From Candidatus Elarobacter sp. (GTDB lineage Bacteria > Vulcanimicrobiota > Vulcanimicrobiia > Vulcanimicrobiales > Vulcanimicrobiaceae): a stretch of 41,638 bases of DNA. Within the stretch, counting starts at the first letter, position 1; each line of letters begins with the position of its first letter. Under the pieces are notes generated by a model. It saw only the letters and a list, made by a program, of their open reading frames with translations, did not search any database and was not told the origin of the DNA. The DNA lies in the NCBI GenBank assembly GCA_036402855.1, contig DASWSC010000079.1, positions 1-41,638 on the forward strand. The letters are read 5' to 3'. A program made the position numbers and the translations under genes. Positions 38,874-41,638 of this stretch are shown here, in pieces.

Positions 38874-39663
38874 GCCGCCGGCCGCGGTCGCGACGTTCTC
38901 GTACGATCTGATCGCCGGCATCTACGACGAGGACATGGGGCGCAACGTCGGCGGCGACGACGTCGCGTTCTACGTCGGCCGGTGTGCGGAAGCCGGCGGT
39001 CCGGTCCTCGAGCTGGGCTGCGGAACGGGACGCATCACCTTGCCGCTCGTGCGGGCCGGCCTCAGCGTCACCGGGATCGATCTCTCCGGTCCGATGCTGC
39101 AGCGGCTGCGCGCGAAAGCCGCATCGCTGACCCCGGCCGAGCAGGCTCGCCTCGAGCTGCGCTGCGCCGACATGGCGGAGGTCGATCTCGCGCGCCGCTT
39201 CGCGCGCGTGATCTGCCCGTACTCGGCGTTCACGTATCTCGTCGAGCCGGAACGGCGCGCCCGAGCGCTCGCGCGCGTACGGGAGCACCTGGCGCCGGAC
39301 GGCCGCTTCATCCTGGACGTCTTCGTCCCCGACGGGCGGATCGAGGCGCTGCCCCCGGGGCACGTCCACCACGATTACCGCCGCACGCTCGGCGACGGCA
39401 GCATCCTGGAGCGGACGAAGACCGTGACGCCGGCCGAGCCCGGCGTGAACGCGATCGCGCGCGAGTACACGTTTCTGGACCAGGGCGGAGCGCTGCTCAA
39501 GCGCGTGCGCACGCTCGACCGCATCCGCGTCTACGAGCCGGACGCGTTGCGCACCGTCCTGGAGGCGCACGGATTCCGGGTCGTCGAGGGGTTGCCCGAC
39601 TTCGGCGCCGGCCCGTGGACCGGCGCGACGAAGATGGCGGCGTTCATCTGCAGCGCGGCATAG
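38866..39663 (+). CDS. Class I SAM-dependent methyltransferase
   Basis: VLELGCGTGR, GIDLSGPML, HLAPDGRFILD. Confidence 0.9.
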   Translation: MGEPPAAVATFSYDLIAGIYDEDMGRNVGGDDVAFYVGRCAEAGGPVLELGCGTGRITLPLVRAGLSVTGIDLSGPMLQRLRAKAASLTPAEQARLELRCADMAEVDLARRFARVICPYSAFTYLVEPERRARALARVREHLAPDGRFILDVFVPDGRIEALPPGHVHHDYRRTLGDGSILERTKTVTPAEPGVNAIAREYTFLDQGGALLKRVRTLDRIRVYEPDALRTVLEAHGFRVVEGLPDFGAGPWTGATKMAAFICSAA

Positions 39664-39685
39664 CCGCGCCTCGGCAGCCCGGCCG

Positions 39686-40027
39686 CTAGGTCTGCGGCGG
39701 CGCGTTCGGGTCGGTGCGCGGCGCCGGCTGCGGGCGCTCGGTGTGCGTCTCGGCGCCGCGCTTCGCTTGGCGCAGCTCGGAGATCTTCGCTTCGAGGTTC
39801 GTCAGCGCCGCACGGACCGCGCCGACCTCGTGCGAGGCGACGGCTCCGAGCTTCGCGGCGGCCTGTGAGGCCGACTCGGCGAGCTCGACGCCCTCCTGCT
39901 GCGCGCCGTGGGCGATCGCGAGACGGGTCTGATCGGCGACGTGCTCCATCTCGTGGAGATCGCCCCGTTTGATGGCGTCGGCGATCGCCGACCCGTGCGG
40001 CGTCTGCGTTCCGGTCTCGTCCGCCAT
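39686..40027 (-). CDS. DUF1843-like (GDL-motif) small helical protein
   Basis: PHGSAIADAIKRGDLHEM...VRAALTNLEAKISEL matches the DUF1843 pattern; GGGGAA RBS. Confidence 0.6.
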   Translation of the reverse strand: MADETGTQTPHGSAIADAIKRGDLHEMEHVADQTRLAIAHGAQQEGVELAESASQAAAKLGAVASHEVGAVRAALTNLEAKISELRQAKRGAETHTERPQPAPRTDPNAPPQT

Positions 40028-40204
40028 GTCACGTTCCCCCGCATGTGCGACCGGCGCGCCTCTCGGGAAGCGCTCCGCTCAGTGTATCAGCCATGCTAGC
40101 AAGAGCGGTCAGCAGAGGCAAGGGACGCACAAGAGCCTCGGCGGCGCGCGGCGTACTGGTACCGAGCGGTGCAACATCGAGGAGAGAACCCGGTAGGAGG
40201 CGGC

Positions 40205-40981
40205 GTGAACGCGTTGCCGGCCGAGGCGGAGGCGCTCGTCGCGCGGATCGAGACGATGCTGCTTCAGGCCGAGCCGCTGCTCGCGGCCGGCGGCAGCGAC
40301 GAGGCGGGGTACGCGCTCCGTGAGACCGAGCGGCGCTATCTCCCCGACACGCTGAAGGCCTACGAAGACATCCCGCCGGCCCGGCGCGATGCGACGGCGC
40401 GCGAGATGCTGGTCGAGCAGCTTCGGCTGCTGGAGCGGGCGACGGCGCAGCGGCTGGCCGCGCTCAGCGAGAACGCCGAGACGGCGCTGGCGGCCAACGG
40501 CGCGTTCCTGACCGACCGGTTCGGGCCCGTGAGCGCGCTTCCCGAGGCGCCCGCGCCGGAGCAGATCGATCCCGCCGGCGCGCCGCCGGCCGTGATGGTG
40601 CGGCGGCTCCTCGAGCGGCTGGAAGCCGAGAGCGGTCCCGAGCCCGCGGCGATCCTCGAGCGTGCCGGCGTCCGGCTCGCCGCCGCGTTCCCGTCGATCG
40701 CCACGATCCAGCGCGGCGGATTTCTCGGCCGCGGACCGGTCGAGCAGGTCGCGCTCGACGTTCCCCGCCGCGACGACATGCTGCGCTACGCGCTCACGCG
40801 GACGCGCCAGGGCAACGTCGAAGCGAGCGTGACGCGGTACTTGCGCGGGATCAAGAACAAGACGATCGTCGTCGACGTCGGCGAGTGGACGCACGGTTTG
40901 ATCGATGACCTCGCCGCCTACGCCGAACGCGAGCGCGGCGCGCGCGAAACCCTCACCCGGCTGTTCAGGGAGGCACGATGA
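40205..40981 (+). CDS. Hypothetical protein
   Basis: AGGAGG RBS before GTG; YLPDTLKAY helical motif; coupled to the downstream gene. Confidence 0.7.
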   Translation: MNALPAEAEALVARIETMLLQAEPLLAAGGSDEAGYALRETERRYLPDTLKAYEDIPPARRDATAREMLVEQLRLLERATAQRLAALSENAETALAANGAFLTDRFGPVSALPEAPAPEQIDPAGAPPAVMVRRLLERLEAESGPEPAAILERAGVRLAAAFPSIATIQRGGFLGRGPVEQVALDVPRRDDMLRYALTRTRQGNVEASVTRYLRGIKNKTIVVDVGEWTHGLIDDLAAYAERERGARETLTRLFREAR

Positions 40982-41638
40982 GCTTTTTCGGAATCGGGCG
41001 CGGCAACCAGCCGCAGTCCGAGGTGCGCACGACCGAGGGCGGCGTCCCGCTCGACGCGGTCACCCGCCTGCGGCGGATGCGCGGCGAAGGCGGCGCGCCG
41101 CTCTTCACCAGCGATCTCTCCGTCTCGGAGTTCGTGCTGCTCGAGCAGATGGGATGGCGGCCGCTCGGGCTCGTCCTCGGCAGCTCGATCTACCACGTCG
41201 GGATCCAGTACGGCAACTTCTACCAGAACCAGGAGCTGCAGTACCTCACCGCCGCGATGTACGAGGCGCGCGACCTTGCGATGACGCGCATGGAAGAAGA
41301 AGCCGACGTCCTGGGCGCCGACGGGATCGTCGGCGTGCGGCTCGAGGCCGGCGGGTACGCGTGGGCCGAGAACGCGCTCGAGTTCACCGCCGTCGGGACC
41401 GCGGTCAAAGCACCGGAAGGCTCGTGGCGCACGCGCGACAACAAGCCGTTCACCAGCGACTTCAGCGTTCAGGACTTCTACAAGCTGGTCAGCTCGACCG
41501 GGTACGTGCCGCGCGAGCTGGTGCTGGGCAACTGCGTCTACCACATCGCGCACCAGGGCTTCAGCCAGATGATGCGCACGATCGGCACCAACATCGAGCT
41601 GCAGAACTACACCGAGGCGATCTACGACGCGCGCGAGC
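40978..41638 (+). CDS. YbjQ/UPF0145 (heavy-metal-binding-like) tandem-domain protein, 3'-truncated
   Basis: Not in the ORF track (no stop in window); FTSDLSVSEF, ARDLAMTRMEEEADVLGADGIVGVRL, EFTAVGTAV, second repeat FTSDFS. Confidence 0.85.
   Translation, partial: MSFFGIGRGNQPQSEVRTTEGGVPLDAVTRLRRMRGEGGAPLFTSDLSVSEFVLLEQMGWRPLGLVLGSSIYHVGIQYGNFYQNQELQYLTAAMYEARDLAMTRMEEEADVLGADGIVGVRLEAGGYAWAENALEFTAVGTAVKAPEGSWRTRDNKPFTSDFSVQDFYKLVSSTGYVPRELVLGNCVYHIAHQGFSQMMRTIGTNIELQNYTEAIYDARE

Noticed and set aside
1-41638. CRISPR arrays, IS elements, integrases, rRNA
   Set aside because: No regularly spaced repeats, transposase/integrase motifs or rRNA-like sequence seen

Overview
Very GC-rich bacterial chromosome segment; gene content and style suggest a Terrabacteria-type soil lineage such as Ca. 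Eremiobacterota/Vulcanimicrobiota (inference only). The left half holds housekeeping genes (dusB, greA, lysS, truA, rplM-rpsI), two APC permeases and signalling genes (HD-GYP, MCP, GAF-PAS adenylate cyclase). It also holds a class-III aminotransferase / START / acyl-ACP-reductase-like set that may make fatty amines, a 73-nt tRNA-like element, and an orphan Rhs-type toxin-like gene paired with an EF-Tu domain-III-like protein. The centre (19619-34465) is a strongly reduced flagellum-derived type III export cluster in fla/che gene order. Its export gate and ATPase look intact, but it has a mini FlgB, FliF fused to only the FliG middle domain, FliM without the CheY-binding peptide, a very short FliK, a single FlgEFG-type subunit, and an embedded lytic transglycosylase and aspartyl protease. 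This is the best candidate for an undescribed non-motile secretion machine. The right end has a glycosylation operon with a CxxxCxxC-less radical SAM/SPASM-GT2-GT4 fusion, a methyltransferase, a DUF1843-like peptide and a YbjQ-family gene. All calls come from motif recognition by eye; no searches were run.
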